A stretch of DNA of 64,000 bases from a virus. The translations under genes were made by a program, and so were the position numbers. The notes beneath the pieces were generated by a model. The model saw only the letters and a list, made by a program, of their open reading frames with translations, was not told where the DNA came from and did no database searches. The number at the start of each line of letters is the position of its first letter. Position 1 is the stretch's first letter. This document shows positions 30,356-42,909 of the stretch, one piece after another. The stretch spans positions 15,030 to 79,029 of IMG/VR virus record IMGVR_UViG_3300045918_000146, one strand, 5' to 3'.

Positions 30356-31237
30356 ATGAGTAAAATAAAAGTATCAGAAATTTTTCGTGCACTTCAGGGT
30401 GAAGGCAAATATATGGGGGTTCCAAGTGTATTTGTACGAACGTTTGGATGTAACTTTCGATGTAGGAACTTTGGAAGATCAGGTGTAGATTACTTAGATG
30501 ATACAGTTAAACGGAATCCAGAAGTAAACAACATAATAAAGAATATTAATATATATAAGTCATATAGTGATCTACCTTTAGTTAAGTCGGGATGCGATTC
30601 TTACCCTGCTGTATATCCAGAATTTAAGAATCTAAGTCCGTCTTTTACAACAACAGAATTATCGGAGAAGATAGTTGATATACTTCCAAATAAACAATGG
30701 AAAGACGAGCATTTAGTTATTACCGGAGGAGAACCATTACTTGCAGGATGGCAGAACTCTTATATAGATTTACTAGAAGAGAAGACGATGCTATCTTTAA
30801 AGGAACTCACATTTGAAACTAACGGAACACAGGGTTTATCAACAAACCTACGTGACTATTTAATTAACTGGGGTAGAGATAACGAGTATAGAGGTATCAA
30901 TGCTATGACCTTTTCGGTAAGTCCAAAACTAAGTTGTAGCGGCGAAAGTAAGATAGAAGCTATAAATCCGGATATCGTATGTTCTTATGAAGAAGTTGGT
31001 GCTACTTACTTAAAGTTTGTTATTGCCACTAATTTAGACGCGGAAGAAGCATTAGAAGCAGTTTATATGTATAGACAAGCAGGTTTTGAAGGTCCGGTAT
31101 ATTTTATGGCTGTGGGCGGAGTAACAGACGTATATAACTTAAATAATAAAAATGTTGCAGAGTTAGCATTGAAACTTGGAATTAGATATAGTTCTAGAAT
31201 TCAAGTTGAGCTATTCAAGAATGCATGGGCAACTTAA
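30356..31237 (+). CDS. queE: 7-carboxy-7-deazaguanine synthase, radical SAM
   Basis: EIF..LQGEG, FVRTFGCNFRC...CDS, ITGGEPL, ETNGT, VSPK. Confidence 0.92.
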   Translation: MSKIKVSEIFRALQGEGKYMGVPSVFVRTFGCNFRCRNFGRSGVDYLDDTVKRNPEVNNIIKNINIYKSYSDLPLVKSGCDSYPAVYPEFKNLSPSFTTTELSEKIVDILPNKQWKDEHLVITGGEPLLAGWQNSYIDLLEEKTMLSLKELTFETNGTQGLSTNLRDYLINWGRDNEYRGINAMTFSVSPKLSCSGESKIEAINPDIVCSYEEVGATYLKFVIATNLDAEEALEAVYMYRQAGFEGPVYFMAVGGVTDVYNLNNKNVAELALKLGIRYSSRIQVELFKNAWAT

Positions 31238-31430
31238 TTTAATACAAGGAGTTAATCAAAGTGCTTAAATTATCATATGACGAATGGCGTAAACATTATA
31301 CTGTCGATATAACAGAGGATGCTATTGAAGACTTGCAACGTCTACATAAAGTCGACGCAAAATTTGAAATAGAAAAAGCAATGCAATTTGAGTATGACTT
31401 ATATCTAAGTAAACAACAAAAGGATTCTAA

Positions 31431-31667
31431 ATGAAAACACTAAAGTTTGTAAAACCAGAGTTAGTTACAACAGAGTTTCGATGGCCAAACGACGTAACAC
31501 GTATCGTAAATATATGTGCTAACCAGGGATATATTATCTCACGTGCAGATGCACAAGCAGCATGGGAAGAATACTCAGATGGATTAGCGGCATGTTGGCT
31601 TATGTTAGACGATAGCGACAATGCTGTTTTAACTACTGTAATGGAATACTGTAAGGCGGAGGGATAA
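31431..31667 (+). CDS. Hypothetical protein
   Basis: ORF with AAGGA RBS. Confidence 0.6.
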   Translation: MKTLKFVKPELVTTEFRWPNDVTRIVNICANQGYIISRADAQAAWEEYSDGLAACWLMLDDSDNAVLTTVMEYCKAEG

Positions 31668-31668
31668 A

Positions 31669-32136
31669 ATGGGTTTATTTGATAAAATTTTTAAAAAGAA
31701 AAATGTAACTCCTATCATACAAACGGAGCCTATATTACCTGTACCAATAAAAAAACCTCGGGCTAAAAAGAAAAAAGTTTCTACCGAAACTACTGCTAAG
31801 GCTAATAACAAGCAAAAGAAAAAAGTAGAGTTTGATCCTATACCAAAGCTAACAAGCAAGGAAATTGAAAAAGCAGAAGCTACACAAAAAGGGGAACCGT
31901 GGGTAAGTGTATTGGACTTTGAAATTAACATAGATAATTTATCAGACGGGTCATTTGAGCTTGATTGGAATGAAATTTTTATTGCAAAGTTGATTAGAGC
32001 AGGATATGCAGGAAAAACTGATCACGATATTGTTGACCTTTGGTTTTCTGACGTATGCCGTAATATAATTCAAGAGAATTTCGAACAAGCAATGAGCGAC
32101 CCACTTAATCGGTCCGAAAAAGGGCGCGAATACTAA
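31669..32136 (+). CDS. Conserved T4-like-phage hypothetical protein
   Basis: KGEPWV, FELDWN..F...L..AGY. Confidence 0.6.
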   Translation: MGLFDKIFKKKNVTPIIQTEPILPVPIKKPRAKKKKVSTETTAKANNKQKKKVEFDPIPKLTSKEIEKAEATQKGEPWVSVLDFEINIDNLSDGSFELDWNEIFIAKLIRAGYAGKTDHDIVDLWFSDVCRNIIQENFEQAMSDPLNRSEKGREY

Positions 32137-32140
32137 CAGA

Positions 32141-32520
32141 ATGAGAGCGCACGAATTTATTGACCCATACGACTTCCGACAACGTATCAAAGATAACTGG
32201 AAATTCCTCACTGCACCCCAAATTGGATCTGTCATCTATGGGCAATGATCCGGTCTAACTGTTTATGATACTAGTGTGCGAACAAGAAAGAAATGGGTCA
32301 AATAAGTAAGATGTGGAGCGATCATCGTCACGAATATGTATTTGTTGCATTAAATGGGGATGTGTCCACAAACCGAAAAGCAGAAGGCCGAACGTATCGT
32401 GAAGTGTTGGACGAAGCGATAAGTGAATACCCATGAGGGAACGACCCCAAGGGGGAGGTTGCGCCGTACTACCTGACAACGGTACCGCCGAAAGAATGCA
32501 GTATTTAGATACCGAGACAT
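32141..32520 (+). pseudogene. Decayed gene beginning MRAHEFID
   Basis: Capsid-targeting-like start then early stop; remainder is broken coding-like sequence. Confidence 0.35.
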
Positions 32521-32537
32521 ATTAATAACCAATCCGC

Positions 32538-32566
32538 TTGCCCTTTACCTGATTTCTTACTACAAT
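32538..32566 (+). promoter_or_regulatory. sigma70-type promoter
   Basis: TTGCCC-17 nt-TACAAT. Confidence 0.5.
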
Positions 32567-32572
32567 TATAAT

Positions 32573-33571
32573 ATGACACAACGATACTTACTCATCGACA
32601 CGATGAACACTTATTTTCGCTGCCTCCACATATCAAATCATTCAACTGATATTGAAGAGCGCGTAGCTTACGCGATACATTCTATGTTGCAATCTATAGC
32701 AGCAGCATGGCGTGACCAAAACGCAAACCACATAATTTGCTGTTTGGAGGGACACAGTTGGCGTAAAGGTTTTTATCCTAGATATAAAGCACATCGAGAA
32801 GTTGCAAGACAAGCTACTACGGTCAAGGAACAACAAGAAATGAGGGCTTTTCTCGACGGATACGCAACACTTGTAACTTTTCTAGAACAAAAAACTAATG
32901 TATCTATGTTACAACATGATCAATTAGAAGCAGACGATCTTATTGCAGGTTGGATACAAAACCATTTAGATGACCATCATACTATCGTAAGTTCAGATTC
33001 CGATTATCATCAGTTACTAGCAGATAATGTCAATCAATATAATGGTGTTGCGAGCGAACTTCATACTATTACTGGTATTTACGACAAGAAAGGTAAGTTA
33101 GTTATTGACAAGAAGACGAAACTACCTAAAAAAGTACCTAACCCTAAGTTTATACTGTTCGAAAAACTGGTTAGGGGAGATCCAGGAGACAATGTGTTTG
33201 CTGCTTATCCTGGTGCTAGGATAAAAGGTTCTAAGAATAAGATAGGTATCACAGAAGCATTTGAAGATAGAGATAATAAGGGTTTTAATTTCAACAACTT
33301 TATGTTACAACGTTGGGTAGATCACGAGGGTAACGAGCATAAAGTAATTGATGATTTTTATCGTAATGAAATTCTTATTGATTTAACAAAACAACCAATT
33401 GAAATAAGAAAAATTATCGACGATACAGTATTATCAGTGAGATCAAAGAGTAACCCCATGATAGGAGCACAGTTTCTTAAATTTTGCGGAACACATAATT
33501 TAACAAAGTTGTCAGAGCAAGCAACTACTTATGCTACGATATTAGGATCTCCATATCTAGGGAATAGATAA
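32573..33571 (+). CDS. T4 RNase H-like 5'-3' exonuclease / flap endonuclease
   Basis: LLID, SWRK.FYP.YK..R, EADD, SSDSD, GDPGDNV. Confidence 0.9.
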   Translation: MTQRYLLIDTMNTYFRCLHISNHSTDIEERVAYAIHSMLQSIAAAWRDQNANHIICCLEGHSWRKGFYPRYKAHREVARQATTVKEQQEMRAFLDGYATLVTFLEQKTNVSMLQHDQLEADDLIAGWIQNHLDDHHTIVSSDSDYHQLLADNVNQYNGVASELHTITGIYDKKGKLVIDKKTKLPKKVPNPKFILFEKLVRGDPGDNVFAAYPGARIKGSKNKIGITEAFEDRDNKGFNFNNFMLQRWVDHEGNEHKVIDDFYRNEILIDLTKQPIEIRKIIDDTVLSVRSKSNPMIGAQFLKFCGTHNLTKLSEQATTYATILGSPYLGNR

Positions 33572-34267
33572 CTATAATGATTAGAGCTTTTCTCTTAGGT
33601 AGTGAAGATTATTTAGGTTTCATTTGTTCGAAAAGCAAGATAAAAGGAGTTCAATATGAGAGTAAATGAAATAGTTCAACCGTTAGACGAGTATAAAATA
33701 GTTGTTACGCTAGAAAAACCTTAGAAGAAAAAATTTATCATTGCGGGAAATATCCCGTAAAGTCGAAACTGGAGAAATAGTGTTATCTGAAGAAGATATA
33801 AAAGAAGGACAAAAATCATTAGGTGAATTAAATCAAGCACTATATAGCGATATGTGAAAGCCTTTATCATAAGATTGATACCCTTAAACGACAATTAGAC
33901 AACGATAATATTGCTTTGGTTGAAATGTATTTAGGAAACCTGTTACTTACCGCTACCGAAGATGAAATAATACGAGATGCAAACTCAAGTGATGCTGAGA
34001 CTATTATTAATTTGAGAAAATATCACAGTAGAATGAAAGCAAACGTAAAAGATGTTCGCTTATATGTTTTAAAAAAGAAAGAATGTAGCGGATTATCAAA
34101 TGTCGATCTGTTAAAAAGACTTAGTCATATTGAAGCTAAAATACTACAAATGTGTGAACAAGCATGTGTTCAGCATTACCAAGATATGACCGGAAGGGTT
34201 AGTTTTCCAGGAAAGAAACAAGGATGAAAATAGTGCGTAATTAGTTGACTTACGCTAACCAAAATAA

Positions 34268-34296
34268 TTGACATACAATAACATTAGTGTTAATAT
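34268..34296 (+). promoter_or_regulatory. sigma70-type promoter
   Basis: TTGACA-17 nt-TAATAT. Confidence 0.6.
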
Positions 34297-34339
34297 ATTA
34301 TTATCAAATTTAACAGTAACTTTAAGAAAGGATTTTAAA

Positions 34340-35035
34340 ATGAAACTTAACGAGTTTTTGTCTGTGTCAAATAGTCAAGTGTGCGGCGGCTCTGATTATT
34401 TATGGAATTGCTACCCAAATGCACGTTATATGGATATTGCCGATATCGATGGTGCCGAGATTGGATCTTGTGTGTTTAATACCAACACACAAGAAGTATA
34501 CGAAGCAGAAGCCTATGTATATAACGACGATATTGCATTTAGGTGGCAAAATGCAGCGTATACTAATGCTTATTTTGAAGAATCTAACAAAAGAGAATTA
34601 GATCCGGACAACGCATACGACGATGTACAATTTACAGATATTGATGATGAACAAGACTTCTTAGCTGTTTTATTTAAAATCGTACATAAATCGTATGTAC
34701 ATACACATTATCACGACGTAGAGACAACGGATACATGTTGCGGGTCATGTACTGGTAAATGTGATAATTCAAAAAAGGATTCCAACGAAGCAGACGCTAT
34801 CCCAGTAGTATTAAAAGACGTTACTAATTATACAAAATACGAAGTTAAGTTATCCGTTACACATCGTTTTAGTATTCTCGCATGTAATATGGAAGAAGCT
34901 CTTATTAAAGCTAGAACATTTACAAATAGTATGTCTCCTGCTAAAGATTGGGGTTCCAGAGTATGTTGGGAAGATAAATACATATCAAAAGAAGAAGTAG
35001 CTCGTACTTTAGCATACGATCATATTGAGGAATAA
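34340..35035 (+). CDS. Hypothetical protein
   Basis: Start reassigned to MKLNEF after AAGGA RBS. Confidence 0.65.
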   Translation: MKLNEFLSVSNSQVCGGSDYLWNCYPNARYMDIADIDGAEIGSCVFNTNTQEVYEAEAYVYNDDIAFRWQNAAYTNAYFEESNKRELDPDNAYDDVQFTDIDDEQDFLAVLFKIVHKSYVHTHYHDVETTDTCCGSCTGKCDNSKKDSNEADAIPVVLKDVTNYTKYEVKLSVTHRFSILACNMEEALIKARTFTNSMSPAKDWGSRVCWEDKYISKEEVARTLAYDHIEE

Positions 35036-35466
35036 GATATGGATAGGCGTAAAGGTCCATGTTCAACGTTATTTTATATAATAATCGCTATAATTGGTCT
35101 AGTAGTTGCTTTAGCAGCAAGTTTTATTCGTAATGGGATAGTATGTAATTAACAAAACACGGAGATGAACATTGGGGAATATTTTTATTCAAGTAATGGC
35201 AATGATTCAGTTTATCAGCGTCGTAGTAATATTATTAATATTTGTTAGGGGAAATAAGCGATGAATATAAAAGATGCAAGTAAGATACTAGGATTTGCAA
35301 TAGTATTTATTTTGTTTATTGAACCGAGAATTATTGTATCCTCGTTTGCGTTAGATTAGCATGATACGAAAATATACAAAACAACAAGCATTACGAGAAT
35401 GCTACCTCAAATGAAAACGCAAATTTCTAATATGGCGTATATCAAAGAAATAATTACGAGGACATA

Positions 35467-35706
35467 ATGAATACCTTTAAGGTTGATATTGTAGTTACTG
35501 GTTTAGCAGGATCAGGCAAGTCACGTATTGCACAACTTATTGCAAATACGTTACGAGAACACAAAGTTAGAGTATTAGTTAACCACGAAGACGGGGAAAC
35601 TGAAGATATATATTCTGATGGATTAGCTAATAGTGTAAAAAACATTGCAAAACATTCAGTTGTTACTATATCAGAACAATCCAAAATTCCTAGGAGAAGA
35701 TCATGA
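35467..35706 (+). CDS. Mini P-loop protein (79 aa)
   Basis: VVTGLAGSGKS Walker A. Confidence 0.55.
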   Translation: MNTFKVDIVVTGLAGSGKSRIAQLIANTLREHKVRVLVNHEDGETEDIYSDGLANSVKNIAKHSVVTISEQSKIPRRRS

Positions 35707-36863
35707 CTACAGAGACATTCTATAAAAAGATTGGTGGGAAATATATCCCGTGCAAATATTATGACGATGTTGTGATGAATGCTTTTCCAATGGGCGCTAC
35801 GTTAGTAGTAGTCGACAAAAACACATCTAGTAGACGCTACGGTATTAGGCCAGAATTTGCTGCTACACTTGCGGCTTCAATAGTAATAGAAGATGCCATA
35901 ACAAAAGTTATACACGATGCCAGTGCGGCTCGTCCAAAAACAACACCGGTTACACAGGAACAACGTGATGCATGGGACAAGTGCGAAGAAGCATGGGGCG
36001 ACGATAGATTTTATGTGGAATATCCAGCATCTGTTGATTCTGCTCATGCCGCGTCAAATGCATTATCAAAAGAAGTTGAAAAAATGATGTTAAACGAAAC
36101 AGTGCGAGACGCATACCAGCAGTTTTTAATGGTCTACCAATTATCTAAGAAGCACGAATTATGAGACGTTGTAATGGCGAAACTTGGCTATTAGGTACTA
36201 CGTTCGCATACTTCTTTATCGGGTGCTTCGATCTTTTTGTATATAGATTCACTGATCCTGATTATATATTAGCTGCTTGGCTAGTAATACTCGGTTTGCC
36301 ATTATGGATTAACCCGTTAGCACAATATTTAGGTATGAGAACATTTCGGGAGAAATAATTTGAAAAAAGAATATGACGAATATTTATGTAGCACTTACCC
36401 TAAGCTATATAAAAACAGGAACCTAACTCCTCAACAATCGTGCTTTAGCGTTGGATTTGAGATTGGGAATGGGTGGTACAACATCATTAAAGGGCTATCT
36501 TTATGTATACAGGGAACGATAGACGCTAACACCAAAGAAAGGTGGCGTATTCGTAAAGAGAAACGCTTATGGGAGAAAATGCCACACGATGATCAAGCTA
36601 AAAACCATTGGCTCAATAGAGTAATGCCAGAAAAAATTCCACAAGTAACTGTTGATCAAGTTAAAGAGAAATTTGGAACTCTACGCTTTTATTATTCTGG
36701 CGGTAACGATGCAATAGAACACTTTGTAAGCTATGCCGATGTTATGAGTTCTCTTACGTGCGAGCGTTGTGGTGGTGTTGCAGAAACTGACTATAGTAAA
36801 AATTGGGTATCTACTATTTGTCCAGGTTGTAAAGATAAACGTCAAGAGGATTACAACTCATGA
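35703..36863 (+). CDS. Three hypothetical ORFs (35703-36164; 36161-36358 membrane; 36360-36863 with [12 protein letters not shown] and Zn ribbon)
   Basis: ORF track; coupled junctions. Confidence 0.6.
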
Positions 36864-37711
36864 AAGAATATTTAGATTTATGTCAGCGAGTTATAAATGA
36901 GGGAGAATGGATAGAAAATACTCGAACAAAGAAGCGTTGCCTTACTGTCATTAATGCAGATTTAACCTACGATATGACAAAAATAAAGTTACCAGTACTT
37001 ACTACAAAGCAACTCTATTGGAAACCAGCTATTGCAGAAATGTTAGGTTATCTACGAGGTTATAATAGCGCAGCACAATTCCGATCTATTGGATGTAATA
37101 CATGGAATGATAACGCAAACAAAAACGAAGCATGGTTGAACAATCCATATCGGTCTGGGTTGGACGATATGGGGCGTGTATACGGAGTACAAGGGCGTAG
37201 ATGGGCGAGTCCAGAAGGTGCAATAATAGACCAACTTAAAAAAATCGTAAATGATTTAAGCAAAGGGATTGACGATAGACGTGAGATATTAACGTTCTGG
37301 AATCCTGGAGAATCAGATAGAATGTGTTTGGCAGCATGTATGCATACACATACCTTCAGTATTCTCAATGGTAAATTATATTTAACAAGTTATCAAAGAT
37401 CTGACGACTTACCACTTGGGCATGGATTCAACCAAGTTCAAGTAGCATGGTTACTAGCAATTATGGCACAAATTACTGGGTTAGCACCAGGTAAAGCATA
37501 CCATAAGATAGTAAATGCCCATATTTACGAAGATCAATTAGATTTAATGCGCGATATACAATTAACACGTACACCATACGAGTTACCTACATTGGTCATA
37601 AACCCAGATATTAAGACACTAGAAGATTTAGAAACTTGGGTAACAGTTGACGATTTTGAGTTACACAATTATATCCATCATCCTGCAATTAAATACCCAT
37701 TCTCGGTGTAA
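36860..37711 (+). CDS. thyA: Thymidylate synthase
   Basis: GRVYGVQ, RR, LAACMH, YQRSDD..LG..FN, HIYEDQ. Confidence 0.96.
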   Translation: MKEYLDLCQRVINEGEWIENTRTKKRCLTVINADLTYDMTKIKLPVLTTKQLYWKPAIAEMLGYLRGYNSAAQFRSIGCNTWNDNANKNEAWLNNPYRSGLDDMGRVYGVQGRRWASPEGAIIDQLKKIVNDLSKGIDDRREILTFWNPGESDRMCLAACMHTHTFSILNGKLYLTSYQRSDDLPLGHGFNQVQVAWLLAIMAQITGLAPGKAYHKIVNAHIYEDQLDLMRDIQLTRTPYELPTLVINPDIKTLEDLETWVTVDDFELHNYIHHPAIKYPFSV

Positions 37712-37733
37712 TCTATACAAAGGAAAATTAGAA

Positions 37734-37997
37734 ATGTGCAAAGTTCGATATTTATTAAACGACGAAGAAAAAGCAATAGTAGATACGCATACGGGGAAAT
37801 TGTCTAGACCAAGTTGCTATGATACATTGGCGCCATACCATTGTTACTTATATGGTTTAAAGGGACATAAAAAAGATGCTCAACACTTATTACGTGATAT
37901 ATTTAATGGTGAACAAGTCATCTCCAACATGATTAGAGATTCGCAACAATTAAATCAAGAAGGCTACATATCAACACGCGAGGATAACGATGAATAA
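37734..37997 (+). CDS. Hypothetical protein
   Basis: Start reassigned to MCKVRY after AAGGA. Confidence 0.5.
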   Translation: MCKVRYLLNDEEKAIVDTHTGKLSRPSCYDTLAPYHCYLYGLKGHKKDAQHLLRDIFNGEQVISNMIRDSQQLNQEGYISTREDNDE

Positions 37998-38622
37998 AAC
38001 CAATATATTTGTACTATTACTAGTATCTACTGTATTATCAAGTTGTGCTTATGTTAATAACTTAAAGATGCCTAATAGAACATATGACCCCGTTGAGTAT
38101 AATTACGCAATTCAGCTTACAGTAAATGCAACTCATGCCGTACATAGATGTAATGCTATGGAAACTACAGAATTTGATAATTATGTACAAAAATTGAACT
38201 CAGACAGTTTTACGTTAGTTGAATATGTTAGTAATAAATCTAACGCTGGGCAAATTCTGCCAGAGGCAAAACAATTACGTATGTTAGTTGAAGAATTTAC
38301 AAGTAAAGATGCAAAAAGCGAAATGTATTGTAAGCATAAGTTAAGTAACATTCAAGCTGGTTCTAGAATATTTGCAAGAGTAGATAATAACAATACTGGG
38401 GGTTTTAATTACTGTCAAGATGACCTAAAGAATAGGTATGTTTTATTTGAACAAAGTTTTAATAAACAACTAATAAGTCAAACTGAATTTAAAGAATTAT
38501 CCGACGATTTACTTAAACTGAAAACAGTAGATACTAGAGGCTGTGTTATTCAAATACGTAACAAAATGCAAGAAGATATTAAATATATAGAAAAAGCATT
38601 ATCAATAATTAAATTACTTTAA
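37990..38622 (+). CDS. Lipoprotein
   Basis: Signal peptide with lipobox LSSC. Confidence 0.7.
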   Translation: MNKTNIFVLLLVSTVLSSCAYVNNLKMPNRTYDPVEYNYAIQLTVNATHAVHRCNAMETTEFDNYVQKLNSDSFTLVEYVSNKSNAGQILPEAKQLRMLVEEFTSKDAKSEMYCKHKLSNIQAGSRIFARVDNNNTGGFNYCQDDLKNRYVLFEQSFNKQLISQTEFKELSDDLLKLKTVDTRGCVIQIRNKMQEDIKYIEKALSIIKLL

Positions 38623-38637
38623 AACATAAGGAGTGGT

Positions 38638-39000
38638 ATGGATACATTAGACTTAGAACATAATGAAATGGTTAAAGCTTTGGCAAAGCCTGGCGATGAT
38701 ATACTAGTGTCATTGACAGCTTCGCAGTGTCATTTATTACATATGGCTATTGGTGTTAGCGGAGAAGCGGGAGAGTTGATTGACGCCATAAAGAAAAATG
38801 CAATATATGAAAAGCCGCTCGATTTAGAAAACGTAATCGAAGAATTGGGGGATTTAGAATTTTATATGGCAGGTTTGAGACACGGGCTTGGTATCACTCG
38901 AGAGCAATGTCTTAACGCTAATATAGAAAAATTAGCAAAGCGTTACTCAGATAAAAAATATAGTAACGCACAAGCACAAGATAGAGCAGATAAACAATAA
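38638..39000 (+). CDS. MazG-like nucleotide pyrophosphohydrolase
   Basis: GEAGELIDAIKK, EELGDL, NIEKLAKRY. Confidence 0.85.
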   Translation: MDTLDLEHNEMVKALAKPGDDILVSLTASQCHLLHMAIGVSGEAGELIDAIKKNAIYEKPLDLENVIEELGDLEFYMAGLRHGLGITREQCLNANIEKLAKRYSDKKYSNAQAQDRADKQ

Positions 39001-42000
39001 TGAACATTAATGAGCCAGTAGAAATTGAAATCAACAATAAGAATCTTATTGTATCTATTACAGACGAAGATGTTGCTAACGTAATTAAGAATCACAAACA
39101 AGCAACGTTAGATTCTATGTCTGATGCAATTGATCGTGTAAAGGTTGATACAATTAAAAACGACATGCTTGATAAAATTCAAGATATGTTTAATAAACGT
39201 ACTGAGGTAGATACAGTAAAAGTTCCTGAAGTTATACCTCCTCTTGAAGAAGCATTAATACGAGCATTGTATACATTAAATGAAATTGTTATATATGCAT
39301 CATATAATAGAACAGAAGACGTACAACGCGAAGCTAAGGAAGCGTTTGATGTTCTATGTGAACTAAAAACTAAACACGACAATCAAGTTAAAATGTGGGA
39401 TGCACTTAAAAATACACCTAACGAAGAGGTAAAACCATGAATACTGACGGCATGAGTTATACGTTTATACTTAAAGATATAGATCCTTTGGAATCAGACC
39501 CTGATATTGCTGTTAGGAGAGAAATCAAGCATGTTGTTTCTAATGAGCAAACGTGGGACGAGTTATTATGTCACTTTGAGGAATGGCTAACAAGTTGCGG
39601 ATACATCTTACCGGAAGGTCATCTAAAATTTGTTGAAGGAGAACAAACAATAACATGTATAACAGGACACCATGAGTAACTTATATTCATTAAATCCAGA
39701 ATTTGTCGTGTGTAGTAATGTGTCAAATTGTTATGTTCCTGCGGGTTCTTCAAATACAACAGGGTCTGTACGTTATAATTTTAACTATCAAGCATTTGAG
39801 GTTGATAACGGGTGTTCATGGACAGTGTGTTATCCTACAGTGCAGAATATCTCATTAACTACGGAGGCCCAAAATATATTATATTGGGCACGCACCAAAA
39901 TGGTAGAAGAAGCACGTGACGAACTATTATGTTCAACTAATCCAGAACTAAAATCTGCAAAAGAACAATATGATGCTATTAGGTTGCTTGCTATTCGTAA
40001 CGAAGAAGACAGATGTAAATATGTCGAAAAACTAAAAGTAGAACAAAGCTTCGTTAAATCGTTAACTACAGAGTTAGAAAAAGTCAAAGTTGAGTGTTTG
40101 GATGCTAAAAATAAACTTAATATGTGGGGCATATTAGCTACAGAATAACTATGACATTTAATAATTTCGCAACTTACATGGGACAACAATTTACTTATTG
40201 TATCTCAAAACCAACAAACCCAACTATAGGGATGTGTTATGTTGATTCTGTCGATTATATACCATACATATTTACTGCGTCGGGCTGGACTACTTTATCT
40301 TCGGTATCAACGCATATACCTCCATTACCGTACAGTACAGTTAGTAATATAAGAGAAGAAGAGTTATGTAAGCAACATCCAGGCCTAGCAGATCTTAAAA
40401 AGGAATTAGACAAAGCAAAAGAAAGATTTGATATGTATAAGGAGTTATGCAATACATATTATGATATACGATAGCACGCCTAAAAGGGGAAAGAATTTAT
40501 GAGTAACTTATTAGCAAAACCCATTGTTAAAAATAAATATTGGATTGTTGAACAAGATGGAGAACAAGTAGGCACACTACAGGCATCTCCATCCGGAATT
40601 TCATTTGTTAAAGGTAACGACCGGGAGAAGTTTGTGAGTATTAAATTATTAAGAACTAAGTATAATATTACATTTGCAAAAGAACAAAGATTAAAGAAAA
40701 TTTCGGATATATCGTTTGATGTATATGGGTTTCCGTGTGATCATAAGCCGTTCAACGTGTTAATAGATATTATTAAAAAAATACCAATTTATACAAAAGC
40801 TAATAGAAGTAAGAGTTTTTTTTGTGCTGGACATTATTTAGTTCATAATGGTGTTAATTACGCATACACATTTTGTCCTAAATTAATAACACTAAATAGG
40901 TACGACTTCTTTGGACCTTTTCAAACAAAGGTTGCAACAAAATCATACGAAAAAACTCTAAAGAATATTAAAGTATGATATCTTCAACTGCTATATTTCT
41001 AACAGGTATGGTATGCGGTTATGCCTGGTATTCGGTTTGGGGAGTTATTTGCAAAATCTATACTAGTGCGTATAACAAAACTTACGGAAAGCCTCCTACT
41101 TATGACTTATAATATTACAGCATTTGCTGAAAAAGTTCGTGTAATGAACCAATCTAATAGTAAATCTCTTACATTAAAAGCAGAAGAAGCACGTAACTTA
41201 GAATCGGATATATTAGAGTTATTAGCTAAATCTTTTGAATTATCCACTAAAATTATCGAATCTACGCTAATACAGTCACAAACACCATCTAACATAGAGG
41301 TCGATGGCGGTACATTTTAACGAAACGGCAACATTAAATATATAGTTAATTCTTATTTTCTTGCATAAAGGATAAATAAAGTATAACTATATCGTAGGAG
41401 TATTAAAATGAGTCGACCTAAACCACAAATTTTATTAGAGCACATTAATAAGACGACTTATGTCTCAGAACAAGTTTTGGCCTCCGAAGGTGTTTGGGCT
41501 ATATTATATGACAACAAACCTATAAATCTACGTACACAAAATATACTAGTTAGTTATCCTGGACCTAAATATAAATCAAGTAGCTATGCAAATATTGGAC
41601 ATGCTATTAATCATTGTAAGAAATTAAACGCATTGTATAAAACTGATAAGTTTACTGTGGTTAAATTCTCTGAAAGCATCATAGTCTATCCATAAATTAT
41701 GTTCGGTAAGAGAGAATTAACGGCTTTATTTCTTACTCAAGCAGGTATTGATACATCAGAGTTAAATATTAAAACTCATATGCAACAATTATGGGCAACT
41801 CCTTACAGTCCAATTGGTTATCGCCTTAGTTCAGAAGGTAACCATTTCTTACATGATATACTTAAACTTAAACGCTATACATATAAAGTAAAAGTAGATA
41901 CAACAAGAAGCTTAAAGTTATATTTACAACTTAACCAAAACATACAGTATCCATATTATCTTCAAGGGCAAAATAGCATTGTGCTATATGGCGAACAAGA

Positions 42001-42067
42001 AGCAATGATGATCGCTTTAATGGATGGAGATATCCAACAATATATGAATAACTTTTGTCGAAGCTAA
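39000..42067 (+). CDS. Run of hypothetical ORFs (39000-39440, 39437-39679, 39672-40148, 40151-40474, 40499-40978, 41102-41320, 41408-41695, 41699-42067)
   Basis: ORF track with RBSs; 39672 and 40151 share a EE/DE-LxxxxPxL..KExxD tail. Confidence 0.6.
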
Positions 42068-42104
42068 TCAAACAGTTACATACTTCTAAAAATCATAATA
42101 TACC

Positions 42105-42133
42105 TTGACTTTTGGTTAAAATACATGTATAAT
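42105..42133 (+). promoter_or_regulatory. Early promoter, conserved module
   Basis: TTGACT-17 nt-TATAAT followed by GCATTTATTAAAT. Confidence 0.8.
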
Positions 42134-42701
42134 GCATTTATTAAATAACATTACGGAGTAAGCTAAGATGGACGCAGACAAAATAAATAAACTTGACAAG
42201 CAAGCCGGATGCTATCAAAATCAAAAATTTGACGGTACAAGTTTTTTATCAATAGGTGCAAGAAAACCCACGTGATCTTTAGACGTGCGGCAGTTGACTG
42301 TACAGGAATGCAATAAAGTTTTAGATCGTGAACAATGGAATAAAGGCCAAGATTGGGTTTGCGAGGACGGCACTAGAATTATTGCGAAGATTAACGAACA
42401 CTTTGGAACAGGGGATTAAAGTGACACAGGAAAGATGTTTGACATTAATTTTTCCAAAGATGTAAAATAATACTAAATTAGGGGAACTGATGAAAAAAGA
42501 TACTATGCTAGTTAAAATGAACAAGAAAGCAATGATTGCACGTAAAAAGGCTTTAGCTCATGACATACGTAATCTAAAAGACGATTATAGCGGAGTATTG
42601 CTAGAAGATTTGCCACAGGACGTGATAGACGAAGTAAATATTATGATGACAGAGTTAAAAGAACTACGCGAACTATTAGGCAATGTTTAACATGGTGGAT
42701 T

Positions 42702-42909
42702 ATGCAGTTAGACTACACAGCTATCAATACAGACTGGTCTAAAAGAACCGAGGCTGTTAATTGGTGCAAAGACACATTTGGAGAACCACAACAGCCTGTG
42801 GTATTTCCTAGAGGGTCAGGGCGCTGGTGTTTTAGCTTGAACGAATTTTCGGTTCAAAGATAACAAAGATGCCATCTTATTTGCATTGAGGTGTTATGAT
42901 GGGCATTAG
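42702..42909 (+). pseudogene. Frameshifted member of the DA..FAL small-protein family
   Basis: ...WCKDTFG...RWCFSLNE then FRFKDNKDAILFALRC in a shifted frame at a T run (about 42846-42849). Confidence 0.5.

Noticed and set aside
34268-34339. TTG start of ORF 34268 (similar N-terminal over-extensions at 54697, 56022, 59598, 63449)
   Set aside because: The extensions run through promoter or RBS sequence; downstream ATGs fit better.
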